Under the pieces are notes generated by a model, which worked only from the letters and a program-made list of their open reading frames with translations, did no database searches and had not been told where the DNA came from. DNA of 64,000 bases, taken from the NCBI RefSeq assembly GCF_001194135.2, contig NC_068985.1, positions 51,969,178 to 52,033,177 on the forward strand. The letters are read 5' to 3'. The number at the start of each line of letters is the position of its first letter. Position 1 is the stretch's first letter. Shown piece by piece: positions 37,284 to 51,098 of this stretch. This stretch comes from Octopus bimaculoides (Eukaryota). The translations under genes were made by a program, and so were the position numbers.

Positions 37284-37529
37284 TAACATAAATAATATAT
37301 AAATATATGCATATATCCATACATATATGTACATACCTACATCTATATGTATACATACATGCATATATAAATACAGGACATCACAAAAAACGTTAAACAC
37401 AATGAGAAATGAAAACACAAAGACGAAGACAGAAAAGGAACTTTTTTTCGAACAACGAGAAAAAAAACAAAACAGAGAAACGAGACATGCAGCATAAAGA
37501 ATATTTCCCTTCTTCAGTNNNNNNNNNNA

Positions 37530-38327
37530 TTAAATATTATTTTACAGAATAATAGAATTAGAATTTCTTTGATTAAAATCCTTTCTAGCATGGAAGTACC
37601 CAAAGAGCATTTTGAGGCACATAATGTGTTATGAGTACGAAAAAGGAAACTCATTTCACTCTTTTTGGATAGACTTGTGACTGGTGACGAAAAATGGATC
37701 TTCTATCGAAATGTTAAATGCCTTAAACAGTGGCTTGGTAAAAGGGGAAAAGCTCAACCACAACAGAGAAGGGAACTTCATGGGAAAAAGGTTCTTCTTT
37801 CTATCTGGTGGGATTGCAACGGAGTGATTCACTTTGAATTGTTACCACCTAATGCAACAATCAATGCTCAAGTCTACTGTCAGCAATTAGAGCGTTTGAA
37901 CCAAACTTTGACGTAAATCAAAGTGAATCGAAAAGGAGTGATGTTTCATCAGGACAATGCACGACCCCACACTGCAAAGATCACATCACAGAAGATTGAA
38001 GAGCTTGGTTGGGAAAAAATTCCTCATCCACCTTATTCTCTCGACCATGCTCCTTCAGACTACCATTTGTTTCGTAGTTTACAGAATCATTTGGGGACAT
38101 AACTTTCGCAAGCCAGGAGGAGGTCGAAACTGACATTTCAGAGTTCTTCGCTTCGAAACCAAAAGAGTTTTACATTGATGGGATTAAAAAGCTTGTAAAT
38201 AGATGGAAGGAAGTCATAGATAATCAGGGCAAGTACAATGATGATTAAATTTCACTTAAATATAACATTTGATCAATCACTTGTTTTCTTTATTCAAAAT
38301 TCGGACAGAACTTATGGGATAACCTGA
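37530..38327 (+). mobile_element. Internally deleted mariner element (another subfamily)
   Basis: ATG at 37590 (MEVPKEH..) jumps after about 20 codons to FLDRLVTGDEKWIFY..KVLLSIWW..HQDNARPH..HPPYSLDHAPSDYHLFRSL; right TIR cggacagaacttatgggataacctga|TA; left end lost at the N-gap. Confidence 0.88.
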
Positions 38328-40176
38328 TAAATATATAACTACGTACACGGACACATCCTTAAAAACATACAAATATAGATATATGCATGCGTACGTACAT
38401 ATATCCAATCATACATACGTACATACAAATATATGCGAGCATACATTGATGCATGCAGACATAAAACATGTAAATTCGTACTTACATATGCGTATTTACA
38501 TGCATCCATACATTACATTCATATATATGTACATACATTTATACATTCACACATACATCCAAATATACATAATACAAACATACATACATGCATACGTACA
38601 AACATACAAACATTATACATATATGCATGACATTACATACACATGTACATAATATACACATTCATTCATTCATCCATCCATCCATCCATCCATCCATCCA
38701 TCCATCCATACGTACAATGCCTTAAAAGCAATCTATACGATGAAGTATTGGCACAATGCTGTAGCTGAATCATATTCATTTATATAATTATTTATAGAAT
38801 AATTTTATGCAATGATATAAGAATGACAACTCAGCAACTTAAAACTCATGCAACGGCACAGAAACAAATGTTGCAGTTTGTAATTAAAGCCTGTTTTTCC
38901 ATTTTCGTTTTCTATAAATTTTTATATTGGGTGTATACACTAACGGGGTTCCACAACCTTGTATGATGCCATATGGTAACCAATAACAGTACAGGAGCTT
39001 TTAAATGCAGGTTATGAGATTATTACCAAGATAATATTGAATACATACACACACAAAGAAAACAGCAACAGACGAGGTTGACTATAGGCCAAAGGAATAT
39101 AGGCCAAAGGAATATTGGTGGAACTTAAAAATTAAGACAGCCACCAAGTAAAAACACAACCGGCCAGATATTGTTGCGTAGGATCGCAAGGAGAAGAGGA
39201 TCGCAATTTTGAGGGATGGAGCATGTTGGTTATATGAAATGGTATTTTGTTTTACTGATCCTGCAGGGATGAAAGACTAAGCTTATCTCGATTGCATTTA
39301 AACTCAGAATGTAATGAGCCGGAAGAAAAGCTGCTAAGCATTTTGTTTGGCATGTTTCAGATTCTGTGTATTCAATTTGACATTACAAAGAAGGAAACAA
39401 GAGAATTAGTGCTATATCAATGTTGCAGATGCCTGTGTTACATTGATCTCCTCAGCGAAAAATCCACTGTCTGTTTGAGATTTTATGTTCCAGACCTAGG
39501 AGTTAGAAATTGGGGGGGGGGGGGAAATAATGAAATAAAATAAAAAATATAAATAACAAAAGAAAAAAAAAACGCAACATCAAATTTAATACTGATAATC
39601 GCGTATTTGACATGAGAAATTCTAAGTGTTTGAAGTTGTTAAAATGCCTACAAGCAAAACTGCAAAATGGCCATAGACGAGAAGCATTTCAGATTTCGAG
39701 TGAGAGTACTTATCCAGTCTGAATTTATATGCACATGCAAATACACTCATTCACAAACACAAGTACGTATACATACATGCACATACATACTTAAATGAAG
39801 GAGATGAGAAATTCGAAGACGATTCAGTGCGACTTTAAGATAACTATAGAGCAGTTTTTATGTATGTCTGTTTTAATGGAAATGATGTAATTTAAATACA
39901 CTGTCTAACTATAATTCTTTGATTTCATATAACATTGACAGACATGATTTGACTGTTATGAATCATATACATTGTAAACGTTGGAACGAGAGAGAAATAT
40001 ATTGAAATAATTCAACTGCGCTTACAGATTAGATTCATGTCTTACATGAGCTTTGGAAATAGCGAAAGCAGGCTATCTTCTTTGCTAAAAAAATTAAACC
40101 TGTACGTCACTATTTGTATATATGTATATGTGTGTGTGTGTATGTGTATGTATATCTATCTATCTATCTATCTATC

Positions 40177-40214
<38 letters not shown>

Positions 40215-41008
40215 TATATACTCACATATATATGTATACACACGCGCGCGCACACATACATACATACAAACACACACACACACACACACACACACATATG
40301 ACGAATAAGGATGTATTAAACACCATATTACCATACAAGAGATAAATTCTTTATTTATTGAAATTATTTTTGCTCCCTGCTATAATGCAAAAATCGCTTG
40401 GTAGCAGTTGGAACCAACACCAAAACGGGAAGGAAAGATAAAATCAAGAATCAAGATTTTTCCAAATCTGACATGCGATTAAAGCAAACACAGTCTGTCG
40501 ACAAGAGGAGAGCTGTCCATACATGTTTCTGCCTCGGTAGATCTCATCGGCATAGCAGTTGTTTTATCATATCGGTTGAAGACAAGATGCTTTGGCGTAT
40601 AAAAATGAGAACAATCCTCACCACATATTCGCACACATTATTTTTATTTAGATATTTTGTCCTTATTTTCTTGTTCATTCTCTTTTAAGATATCTGGGGT
40701 TGCATGCCTGCGTTTCACTTATTTTTTTATACATATTTATAATTTTGTCCATATCATAGAAAATGTGGTCTAACACATAAAATTCTGTTTATATCCTCCT
40801 CTTTTCCTTTAGTTTACAATTTATGCCAAGCATGTGAACAATAACGTCGTTGTAGGCTCGCAATGCGTCAATCACTTTGTTCAATACGCCGTGTTGGAAT
40901 CTTTAAATTGGAGTTTTCTAAATTGCATCGCAACATTTTAATTATTGATAATCCACAGATCTGTCACAAAATTAAATCAAATGCAATAAGTTTTTACGAA
41001 TATTTGAT

Positions 41009-41174
41009 GTAGGAGTAGACGTGTGGTAAGTAGCTTGCTAACGAACCACATGGTTCCGGGTTCACTCCCACTGCATGGCACCTTGGGCAACTGTCTTGTA
41101 CTATAGCCTCGGGCCGGCCAAAGCCTTGTGAGTGGATTTGGTAGACGGAAACTGAAAGAAGCCCGTCGTATATA

Positions 41175-41263
<89 letters not shown>

Positions 41264-41425
41264 GTATGCATGTGTATATGTTTGTGTGTCTGTGTTTGTC
41301 CCTCCAATATTGCTTGACAACCGATGCTGGTGTGTTTACGTCCCCGTAACTTAGCGGTTCGGCAAAAAAGACTGATAAAATAAGTACTAGGCTTACAAAG
41401 AATAAGTCCTGGGGTCGATTTGGTC
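41009..41425 (+). mobile_element. SINE family A, near full length
   Basis: Head, long (TA)n, and tail truncated after ctggggtcgattt. Confidence 0.85.
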
Positions 41426-41456
41426 GGCTTGGGGCTAAAGTGGAAGATACTTTCCC

Positions 41457-41963
41457 AGGCGCAGGCATGGTTGTGTGGTAAGTAGCTTGCTTACCAGCCA
41501 CATGGTTCCGAGTTCAGTCCCACCGCGTGGCACCTAGGGCCAGTCTCTTCTACTATAGCTTCGGGCCGACCAAAGCCTTGTGAGTGGACTTGGTAGACGG
41601 AAACTGAAAGAAGCCCGTTGTATATATACGTATATATAAGTATATATGGCTCAGTGGTTAGAGCATCGAACTTACGACCGTGAGGCTGAGAGTTCGAATC
41701 CCGAACCTGGCAAGACACTTGAGCAAGACACTTTATTTCATTGCTCCAGTTCACTCAGCTGTAGAAATGAGTTGCGATGTCACTGGTGCCAAGCTGTACC
41801 GGCCTTTGATTTTCCCTTGGAGGACATCGGTGGCGTAGAGAGTGGAGGCTGGTATGCATGGGTGACTGCTGGTTTTCCACAAACAACCTTGCCCGGACTT
41901 GTGCCTGGGAGGGTAACTTTCTAGGTGCAATCTCATGGTCATTCGTGACCGAAGGAGGTCTCC

Positions 41964-42017
<54 letters not shown>

Positions 42018-42022
42018 ATATA

Positions 42023-42060
<38 letters not shown>

Positions 42061-42282
42061 TGTATATATGTTTGTGTGTCTGTGTTTGTCCCCCCCCCCC
42101 ATCATCGCTTGACAACCGATGCTGGTGTGTTTACGTCCCCGTAACTTAGCGGTTCAGCAAAAGATACCGATAGGATAAGTACTAGACTCATAAAGAATAA
42201 GTCCTGGAATCGATTTGTTCGACTAAAGACGGTGCTCCAGCACGGCCGCAGTGAAATGACTGAAACAAATAAAAGAAAGAAA
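41457..42282 (+). mobile_element. SINE family A interrupted by a family-B SINE
   Basis: A head at 41457-41625, B insert, (TA)n(TG)n, A tail at 42060-42282. Confidence 0.85.
41646..41965 (+). mobile_element. tRNA-derived SINE family B, full length
   Basis: atggctcagtggttagagc (A box)..gagttcgaatccc (B box)..ttgagcaagacacttt..; homologous to 3556-3896. Confidence 0.88.
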
Positions 42283-42682
42283 AGGTGCGGTGCAACTGAA
42301 CCCGAAACCATTTGGTTGCAAAGCTAACTTTCTAACCACACAGCCACGTGTCAATAAAATTTTTGTAATCATTGATAGCTGGCAGCCAATGTGAAAAAGT
42401 TTAGAAAGCTGTTTTACATAGCTACAATTATGAAATAATTAGTATCGTCGCTAATAATGCCCAATTATATCAAAAGCGCCTTCAAACTTGTTAATAATGG
42501 ATATTCAAAATTATTCTTTAGATTATAACACTATTAAAGATAAATGAATTACAAAAAATTGTGGTAGGGTATTGTAAGGCATGTAAATAGGATATGTTTG
42601 TTGAACAAAAATTTATAAAAGCAAACAAACAAACTATAATATTACTAGCGTATTCAAGCCGTCAATAATTACGGAGTTATTT

Positions 42683-42896
42683 AAGGCATCGAGCTGGCAG
42701 AATCGTTACCGCGCTGAAGAAAATGTTTAGCGATATTTCTTCCGACATTACGTTCTGAGTTTAAATGCCACCAGAGGCGATTTTGCCTTTCATCTTTTCA
42801 GGGTCGATAAATAAGTACCAGTTAAACACTGGAGTTGATGTAATCGACTTAAACTCTTCCCTGAAATTCCTGACCTTGTGTCAAAATTTGAAACCG
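42683..42896 (+). mobile_element. SINE family C with a 17-bp TSD
   Basis: Flanks ataattacggagttatt (42665-42681) and ataattacagagttatt (42897-42913). Confidence 0.88.
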
Positions 42897-43808
42897 ATAA
42901 TTACAGAGTTATTATAGAAAAAGTTACCTGATGAAAGTCGATAATTAGAGGATGAGAATGTATATAAAAATGCTGAAATGAACAGGAAAATAAGAAAATT
43001 TTATCTACTACTCTCCAAAATATTATACAGGTATGATTCGCTGCAGAAGTTCATGAAGAACAACGTTTCTTGTGTAGACATGAGGAGGTACTAACACACC
43101 TTGATCTGAATTTTCGGTCTGTAACTTCAAAATGTTCATAACTCTGACCCTAATCCTAACCCAGATCAGATAATCTCACAGCGTAGAGTAGAGATACTGA
43201 AGTAGGCCGCACGCCAACGTAGCATCGAAATTTCGTATGACTGTCGTGATGCCAGCCGAATCATTTGAATTTATGAACATTAAAATGATGAGATGATGAA
43301 GATAGCAGAATGAACTTCTGAATCCCACCCCCAATAAACAGAACAACACTAGCAAGTGTCTTAAAGTTAAAGAAAAAGATTTCTATTAGTCTTAGTGGAA
43401 AAAAAAAAATCAAATCAAACTTAACTATTGTGCAGCCGCAACTTGCCTCAGAAGAACAGTTCGAGCTACAATTATGATGAAGAAATATCTTTGAAATGTT
43501 GTGATGCATGGCAAATCGTCAAAATCTATGAATATTGAAACATTAGTTAAGCACTGAAAAAGCAGAATGAACTTTCAAATGCAAAAGATAAACAGAACAA
43601 CTAAAGGGTGACGCTGTTGCAGTAAGAAAGTAGAAACACTGTTGGTTAATTTAGAAAACTTCCAACTGTTTCATTTAGTATTGTGAGACAAATACAAAAA
43701 ATAAACAGAACGACTCCAGCTTCTATCGAATGATTTAGAACATAATCTTATAGGTGGAACAAATTCAACACCTCCAAAAGCTAAAGTGTTGCTGCGTGGT
43801 AAGAAGCC

Positions 43809-44120
43809 AGGCGCAGGTGTGATTGTGTGGTAAGAAGATTGATTTCCAATCACATGGTTTCAGTTCAGTTCCACTGCGTGGCATCTTGCGTAAGTGTTTT
43901 CCAATAGTCTCAGGTCGGCCAAAGCCTTGTGAGTAGATTTGGTAGACGGAATCTGAAAGAAGCCCGCCTTGTGTTTGCCCATCCCCACCGCATGATAACC
44001 AGTGTTGGTGTGTTTACATCCCCGTAACTTAGCGGTTCGGTAAAAGAAACCCATAGAATAAGTAACAGGCTTAAAAATGTCATGGCTGCAGTCAAATGAC
44101 TGAAACAAGTAAACGATAAA
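43809..44120 (+). mobile_element. SINE family A
   Basis: aggcgcaggtgtgattgtgtggtaag..; tail with an internal deletion, ending gactgaaacaagtaaacgataaaa. Confidence 0.8.
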
Positions 44121-45478
44121 AAATTAAAGATACATAGGCATGTATCGTATTATACATATATTGATCATGTACAATTGTACGTAACACGTAGGCGTATAGG
44201 CGGACACGGAAAACCTTTCGCTTCGGAAGTAATTCCCAGAGAAAATTCTACTCAGATAATATTCACAAAACACACTGGTCTATAGATGATGTCATGGAAT
44301 CGTAGCATGCATGCGTTTCGGTATCATCGAGTGTCGTCAGCTACGAGTACTGAATTCATTCTTCATAAACTTTTAAGAATGATAGTTCTTATATATAAGA
44401 ACAACAAATAGCACATTTGTTAATGTGTGTAGAACTTGGAATTAAAGAAGAAGAATCGCACGAAGCTGCCCTGAGTGAAATATATATAACACATCCATGT
44501 GCACTCGAATATGAGAAGACTTTTCGCTGTGGAAATAACCCCGTGAGAAAATATTCATAGACAATATGTCTAAAAGGCATTGGGCGTAAATCACGTTATG
44601 GGATCGTAGGAACTATGCATTTCTATGTCAATGAGTGTCGTCAGCTACGGATATCGAATTCGTTCTTCCCAACTTTATAAGGATGATAACTCTCATAAGC
44701 ACAGCAAACAGTATATTTGCTGGTGTGCGTGGAGACAATTTTCTTTCGGACTGTTTCCTCAGTGTAAAGTTTTTCACGTTCGTGGTACACAAACGTGTTA
44801 AATATACACGGTTATAGTTTATTCAACGCTGCTTCACACGAATTTTAGTTATTTCAAGGAATATATAGCATCTAAGAGATACTGTCCTCCCCTTTACCTA
44901 TTTCTGGTCACCATCAGTAAGGGGTTTGATCTAAGTATCTGAGAACGAAATATTACAAAAAACAAAAACAAAAAAAAAAAACAAGATAATATGGCAACCT
45001 ATTTTCTTTGTAAGTTGTGAAAAAATAAAAGACAATCCTAAAGCAACAAACAAAACAAAGCACAATATAAATTAAAAAAATCTGTGCATTATTTGAAGTA
45101 TCCACGAGACAAACGAAAATGACGTTCACTTTTTAAACAGTCCATCAACGAAGTAGTTTTACCAAACAAATAACATTTCCTTTACAATACAAACAAATTT
45201 TACTTTCTGACAAACGCCATCATTCATATTATTTTCCCATTAAAATTCTTTCGTGCTTTTTGGCTGGGGAACACGACAGCGGTCTAGAAGGACAAACTAT
45301 TGGAGTTCGAATTACATACATGGTTCCATAAGAGTTCTCTTTTCTTTCTTTTGTGTGTGTATATATATCTATATATGGGTGTGTGTGCGTAACGTCCTGT
45401 ACCCTGATATGCATGTATATACACATGTAGATGTAAGTATGTACATATATGTGTGTATACATGTATATATATTCTTTG

Positions 45479-45578
<100 letters not shown>

Positions 45579-46082
45579 ATGAATATATATATATATATTC
45601 ACACACACGTACACATCCATACATAAGATGGAGGACTTACGTACGAAGATACACAGTTGTGTGCGTCTCTATATGCGTATAATACACACACACATACACA
45701 CACTATTTTCATTTAGACATTTTGTCCTTATGTTCTCGTTCATTCTCTTTCAAGACATCTGAGTTTGCATGACTTAACTTTGGGTTTTATTTTATGATTT
45801 TTTTTTACATATATATTTTCACATTATGTCCGTATCCTTGTAGATGTGGTCTTCCCCCTAGCGGATAAAAAATAAAACACTTATCAGGTAACACTCATTC
45901 AATGACAGCTTTTCTTCACACTTTTTCCCATCATCTACATACATCTGAATTCTTCAACACCCACTCTATTTAATTCCGTTTTTTCTCCTCTATTTTACTC
46001 TTTTTCTACATATTTTTTTCTACTTTCCTACTTTCTATTCCTCTACTTATTTTTTCTAGCACTCATTCTTCCCTTTAAACAA

Positions 46083-46110
46083 AATCTATCTATCTATCTA
46101 TCTATCTATA

Positions 46111-46163
<53 letters not shown>

Positions 46164-46183
46164 GTCTGTCTGTCTGTCTATTC

Positions 46184-46225
<42 letters not shown>

Positions 46226-46226
46226 A

Positions 46227-46311
<85 letters not shown>

Positions 46312-46420
46312 GATGTCTGTCTGATTGTCTGTCTGATTGTCTGTCTGTCTGCCTGCTCGTCTGTCTGTCTGTCTGTCTGTCTGCGTGCTCGTCTGTCTGT
46401 CTCCACCTCTCTCTCTCTCT
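46083..46420. repeat. (CTAT)n/(CTGT)n tetranucleotide tract
   Basis: Direct reading. Confidence 0.95.
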
Positions 46421-47905
46421 TATCAGTCTTTTTCTTTCATTGGTAAACTCTCATGCATTTTTCTCACATTTCTTCTTTTCATGTTTGCTTGCATCTTTAT
46501 TTTCTTATTCTTCAATTCTTTCACTATTTCATCTTTTCATTCAGTTCCGTCTTTCATTTCTGCACGTCAATATATAAATACAAAATTAAGTAGAGTGCTT
46601 GAAATTATTTGGGAATGTTGTTAGCATATATATAAATACACATACGCGCGCGCGCGCACATCACTGATGTAATACTCTGAAAAAAAAAGTCACGAATACA
46701 ACATTCGAATCCCCTGTGGTGTGATCCGTATGGCAGATTAGAGCGGGAGTTAAGCGATTGGTGCGTTGTGTGGTTGATCCTGTTTCAATATCCGGTTGTA
46801 ACAAGTTCATTCATGATGTCATCTATAACTTCGGTGCAGAGGAATGATTCTGTCGCTCATTAAACCTGGAAGCCTGTTGTTATGTAATATGTCTTCGCCA
46901 ACTATCACTGGACAGTGACAATAACGTAATTCCAATGGTAGAGCCGCTACCATTGGGATTATGGTCGCCCGACTTGCTGCGTTAGAACTCTCTACTGTCT
47001 TTGAAAATGAAGGCAGGACACACCGGATGATTTAATGATAGGTATATAAAAACAGTTGAGAAGGTCATAACTAGAATGCTTTGTATTATAAATTTGCTCG
47101 ATCGAGATTTATTTAGGGATAAACAACGACAATAAGACGACGAGCATCACCAACACAAGTACCACTAGCAGCAGCAGCACCACTGCCACCACTACTATAA
47201 GTGTAGTTAGTTTGCTCTAAGTGTTGTTAGTTCACAGTTTCATATCCCACTATAAAAAAAAGAAAAATTTTGGATCCTACTTCCCACCACAATTTTCCCA
47301 CACCCCACGTTGGGAATCACTGAGATAGGGATCGAGAAAGTGCTAGACTCTGCAGTCATTTAAAAGGGCCCACGGTAAAGAGTGCAACAACGCTGACAAA
47401 CCCGAAACTGAGTGTAGATTCCTTTCTGCGATAAAGACTGCCGCTAATGGAAATGGCTTCTTGGATACGAAAAACGCTACCAAAAATAGGAGGCAACGTC
47501 CATGGTCAACATTAACTGATTCTAGCTTTAGATATATGATACCGAAAAATCTTATAGCCAAGAATGAAAACAGTGATAGGCCTACCGTTTGCTTGGCTAA
47601 ACTTTTATATTCACACTTTACACTGTGAGGTCAATAATTTAGTGATTGATATGTAGCAGGTGGGAGGAAAGAAGTGGGTGCCGAGATGTGCTGAACAAGT
47701 TTTAACTTATAAATGTGTGAAATATGAAGGAAAAAAAACAAAACATCGTAGAGAATGAAAGTGTTGTGATATGTAAGAGTAGGTATTGTGTGGGACAGAA
47801 GTCAGTTTTCAGTAGACAGTAACTTCGAAATTCAAAATCAGTGCCAGCTTTCTTCTTTCTAATACGCGCACACATACACACACACACAAACACGAATACA
47901 CACAT

Positions 47906-47978
<73 letters not shown>

Positions 47979-48633
47979 TATGTGTGTATATGTGTACAGT
48001 TGGAATTTATCTTTATGCTCCAATTAAGAGTTGTCGTTGCTATTGTTATTGATATTGTCGCTGTTATTGTGACTGTGGCTAACAAACAGTTTATCATAAT
48101 ATTACAGCTACTTTTTTTTTCTAAGTTAATATTCAAATAGGAGACAAAAGCTTAAGAGCTAAACGGATGCATCAACCGCCCCCTAAAGCCTCCTTGGTTC
48201 CCAGTGCGCATATAAAATTTTCCACGCCCCCACCCAGGGTGATACCGCTCGCTCTGAGAAGCACTGTTTAAAAAATAAAACAACTTAGGAAATAAATGCA
48301 GTATAAATAGTGAATAAATATATTGACGTATGCCACCCATGTGGATAACACAACTAGGAATAAACATCAATAATCTGCACTGCAGACTCAAACATTGAGA
48401 TAACATAGTAAGGCGTAAGGTGTAAAGCGAATAATTAAGTTCACAGGACGCTAACTTAGATCTTGCGGGGAAATGTGATTGAAATGTACAGAGATATTCT
48501 ACGCTTCGTACTTTGGAGGGATATCAATGAACTTCAAATATGAATCAAATAGGGATATAAACAAGCTCTGAGGTTTAAAATCAGTTTCGATAGCGCTTCA
48601 ATGCTGTGTTTTGTCAATCATATAGGAGCGTTT

Positions 48634-48966
48634 TTGTGGAGGCGCAATGGCCCAGTGCTTAGGGCAGCGGACTCGCGGTCGGAGGATCGCGGTTTCGATT
48701 CCCAAACCGCGCGTTGTCTGTGTTTATTGAGCGAAAACACCTAAAGTTCCACGAGGTTCCGGCAAGGGATGGTGGCAACTCCTATTGTATTCTTTCGCCT
48801 CAACTTTCTCTCGCTCTTTCTTCCTGTTTCTTGAGTAACGCTTCGATGGACTGGCGTCCCGTCCAGCTGTGTGTGTGTGTGGGGGGGGGGAATATACGCC
48901 ACAGGAACCGAGAAACCGGGCCCATGAGCCTGGTTAAGCTTTAAAAGGGCGAAAAGAAAAAAAAAA
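48634..48966 (+). mobile_element. Complete tRNA-derived SINE with V-domain-like core, poly-A tail and TSD
   Basis: Head ggaggcgcaatggcccagtgcttagg..ggtttcgattccc; core cgatggactggcgtcccgtccag; A-rich tail at 48951-48966; aggagcgttt at 48624-48633 and 48966-48975. Confidence 0.85.
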
Positions 48967-50261
48967 GGAGCGTTTATTAAGCAATAACAGCAAAAATGTA
49001 TACATTAGTCATGCGAACAAAAGTGATCAAAGTACAATTTTACGCCAAAATTGGCGTACTTGGTTATATTACAAATTGTCTAAATAACGGCTTCAAATTT
49101 TGGTACAAGGCCAGCAATTTTAGTGTAGGGGATATAGTTGACAAGACCTCGGCTGCATTTGAACTCAGAACGTAAAGACGAACGAAGCAGCACTTAGAGA
49201 GAAACGTGTAGATGTATGAAGTGAGTTACGGAGACGGAAAGATTACCAGGCAGAAAGATAAGAAGAAATAGAGCGAAATGTTGAGTATTATAGACATGAG
49301 AAGGGACTAAATGAAGAATCTAAATGAAGAGAAAGAATAGAAAACAGAGTAAATTCAACAGAAGAGAGCGTTGGAAATTATGGTTTTGGTGATGATGGTA
49401 GAAAGAGAGAGGCAGGAAGCAAGTAGGAGAGGTTAGAAATGCAAAGGTTAGAGGTGAATTTAGAGTGAGGGGGAGTGAGAAAGAGAGGGAGATAGGGGGA
49501 GAGATAGAGATAGATAGCTAGCTAGATAGATAGAGAAATAGATAGATAGATAGATAGATAGATAGAGAGAGAGAGCGAGAGAGAGAGAGAGAGAGAGAGA
49601 GAGCAGTGGTTGTGAGGTTATTAACAAAGACATGTTTTTTGAAGGTGTATTGCAAGACCTACTGAAACGCAACACCTCGACGGTAGTTTCTTGAGGTTAA
49701 CGACATCAACAGAAAACAAGATAGATAATAACAATAAGAACAACAACAATAGCAACACAAGTAACAACAACAATGACATCGATCACAACCACTAAGACAG
49801 CTTATATGCACCACCCCTACCAATTAGAAAGAAAAAGAAGAAAACTTCCACTGTAATGGGAATGAAGACAAATATAGTAGACATAAGCAGAATTTTATGC
49901 TTATTTCAGCCTCAAGATGGTGTGACATTTTACCTTGGTGAATGGCACAGAATACAAAAGAAGGTGGAAAATAGTAAAAATACTAAAACCAACAAACAGA
50001 ACAATACATATAAAAAACAAACCATCAACTCTAAGATTATCAAAAGCATAATAACAAGAGCAATAACAACGGTTTCAAATTTTGGCACAAAACCAGCAAT
50101 TTGGGGGCATGTGATTAATGATTAATGAATGCCATTAAGTTGACTGTGTTCCGAAGATCATATCTAAAGGCATTGTTTTAACAACGTACTTAAGGTACCG
50201 TGGTCCACTTTAGAGAGGGGTTTTCGCCATCTTTAGCAACTAATCATTTATTACCGCTTAT

Positions 50262-50415
50262 CTTTTACTTGTTTTATTCATTGAAGTGCGGTCATGCTGG
50301 AGCACCATTTTGAAGGGTTTTAGTCGAGCAAAAAAAAAAACCACAGTACTTTTTTCTTATTAAAGTCTGGTACTTATTCTATCAGTCGCTTTCGTCGAAC
50401 ACCAGTTGCCAAGCG
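50262..50415 (-). mobile_element. SINE family A tail
   Basis: cttttacttg..gcggtcatgctggagcacc..tttagtcgagc..gtacttattctatc. Confidence 0.7.
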
Positions 50416-51098
50416 ATGCAGGAGTACAATTCCACCATTACAACCCCCCATGTAGNNNNNNNNNNNNNNNNNNNNNNNNNNNNNNNNNNNNNNNNNNNNN
50501 NNNNNNNNNNNNNNNNNNNNNNNNNNNNNNNNNNNNNNNNNNNNNNNNNNNNNNNNNNNNNNNNNNNNNNNNNNNNNNNNNNNNNNNNNNNNNNNNNNNN
50601 NNNNNNNNNNNNNNNNNNNNNNNNNNNNNNNNNNNNNNNNNNNNNNNNNNNNNNNNNNNNNNNNNNNNNNNNNNNNNNNNNNNNNNNNNNNNNNNNNNNN
50701 NNNNNNNNNNNNNNNNNNNNNNNNNNNNNNNNNNNNNNNNNNNNNNNNNNNNNNNNNNNNNNNNNNNNNNNNNNNNNNNNNNNNNNNNNNNNNNNNNNNN
50801 NNNNNNNNNNNNNNNNNNNNNNNNNNNNNNNNNNNNNNNNNNNNNNNNNNNNNNNNNNNNNNNNNNNNNNNNNNNNNNNNNNNNNNNNNNNNNNNNNNNN
50901 NNNNNNNNNNNNNNNNNNNNNNNNNNNNNNNNNNNNNNNNNNNNNNNNNNNNNNNNNNNNNNNNNNNNNNNNNNNNNNNNNNNNNNNNNNNNNNNNNNNN
51001 NNNNNNNNNNNNNNNNNNNNNNNNNNNNNNNNNNNNNNNNNNNNNNNNNNNNNNNNNNNNNNNNNNNNNNNNNNNNNNNNNNNNNNNNNNNNNNNNNT

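Noticed and set aside
41646-41720. tRNA-like sequence with good A and B boxes
   Set aside because: It is the head of a family-B SINE; no proper acceptor stem and it continues into the SINE body.
43146-43163. ccctaatcctaaccc telomere-like motif
   Set aside because: Only 2-3 imperfect units; too short to call an interstitial telomeric repeat.
47348-47630. About 93-codon stop-free plus frame (TLQSFKRAHGKEC..)
   Set aside because: No start codon, splice pair or recognisable domain; within chance expectation for six frames over 64 kb.
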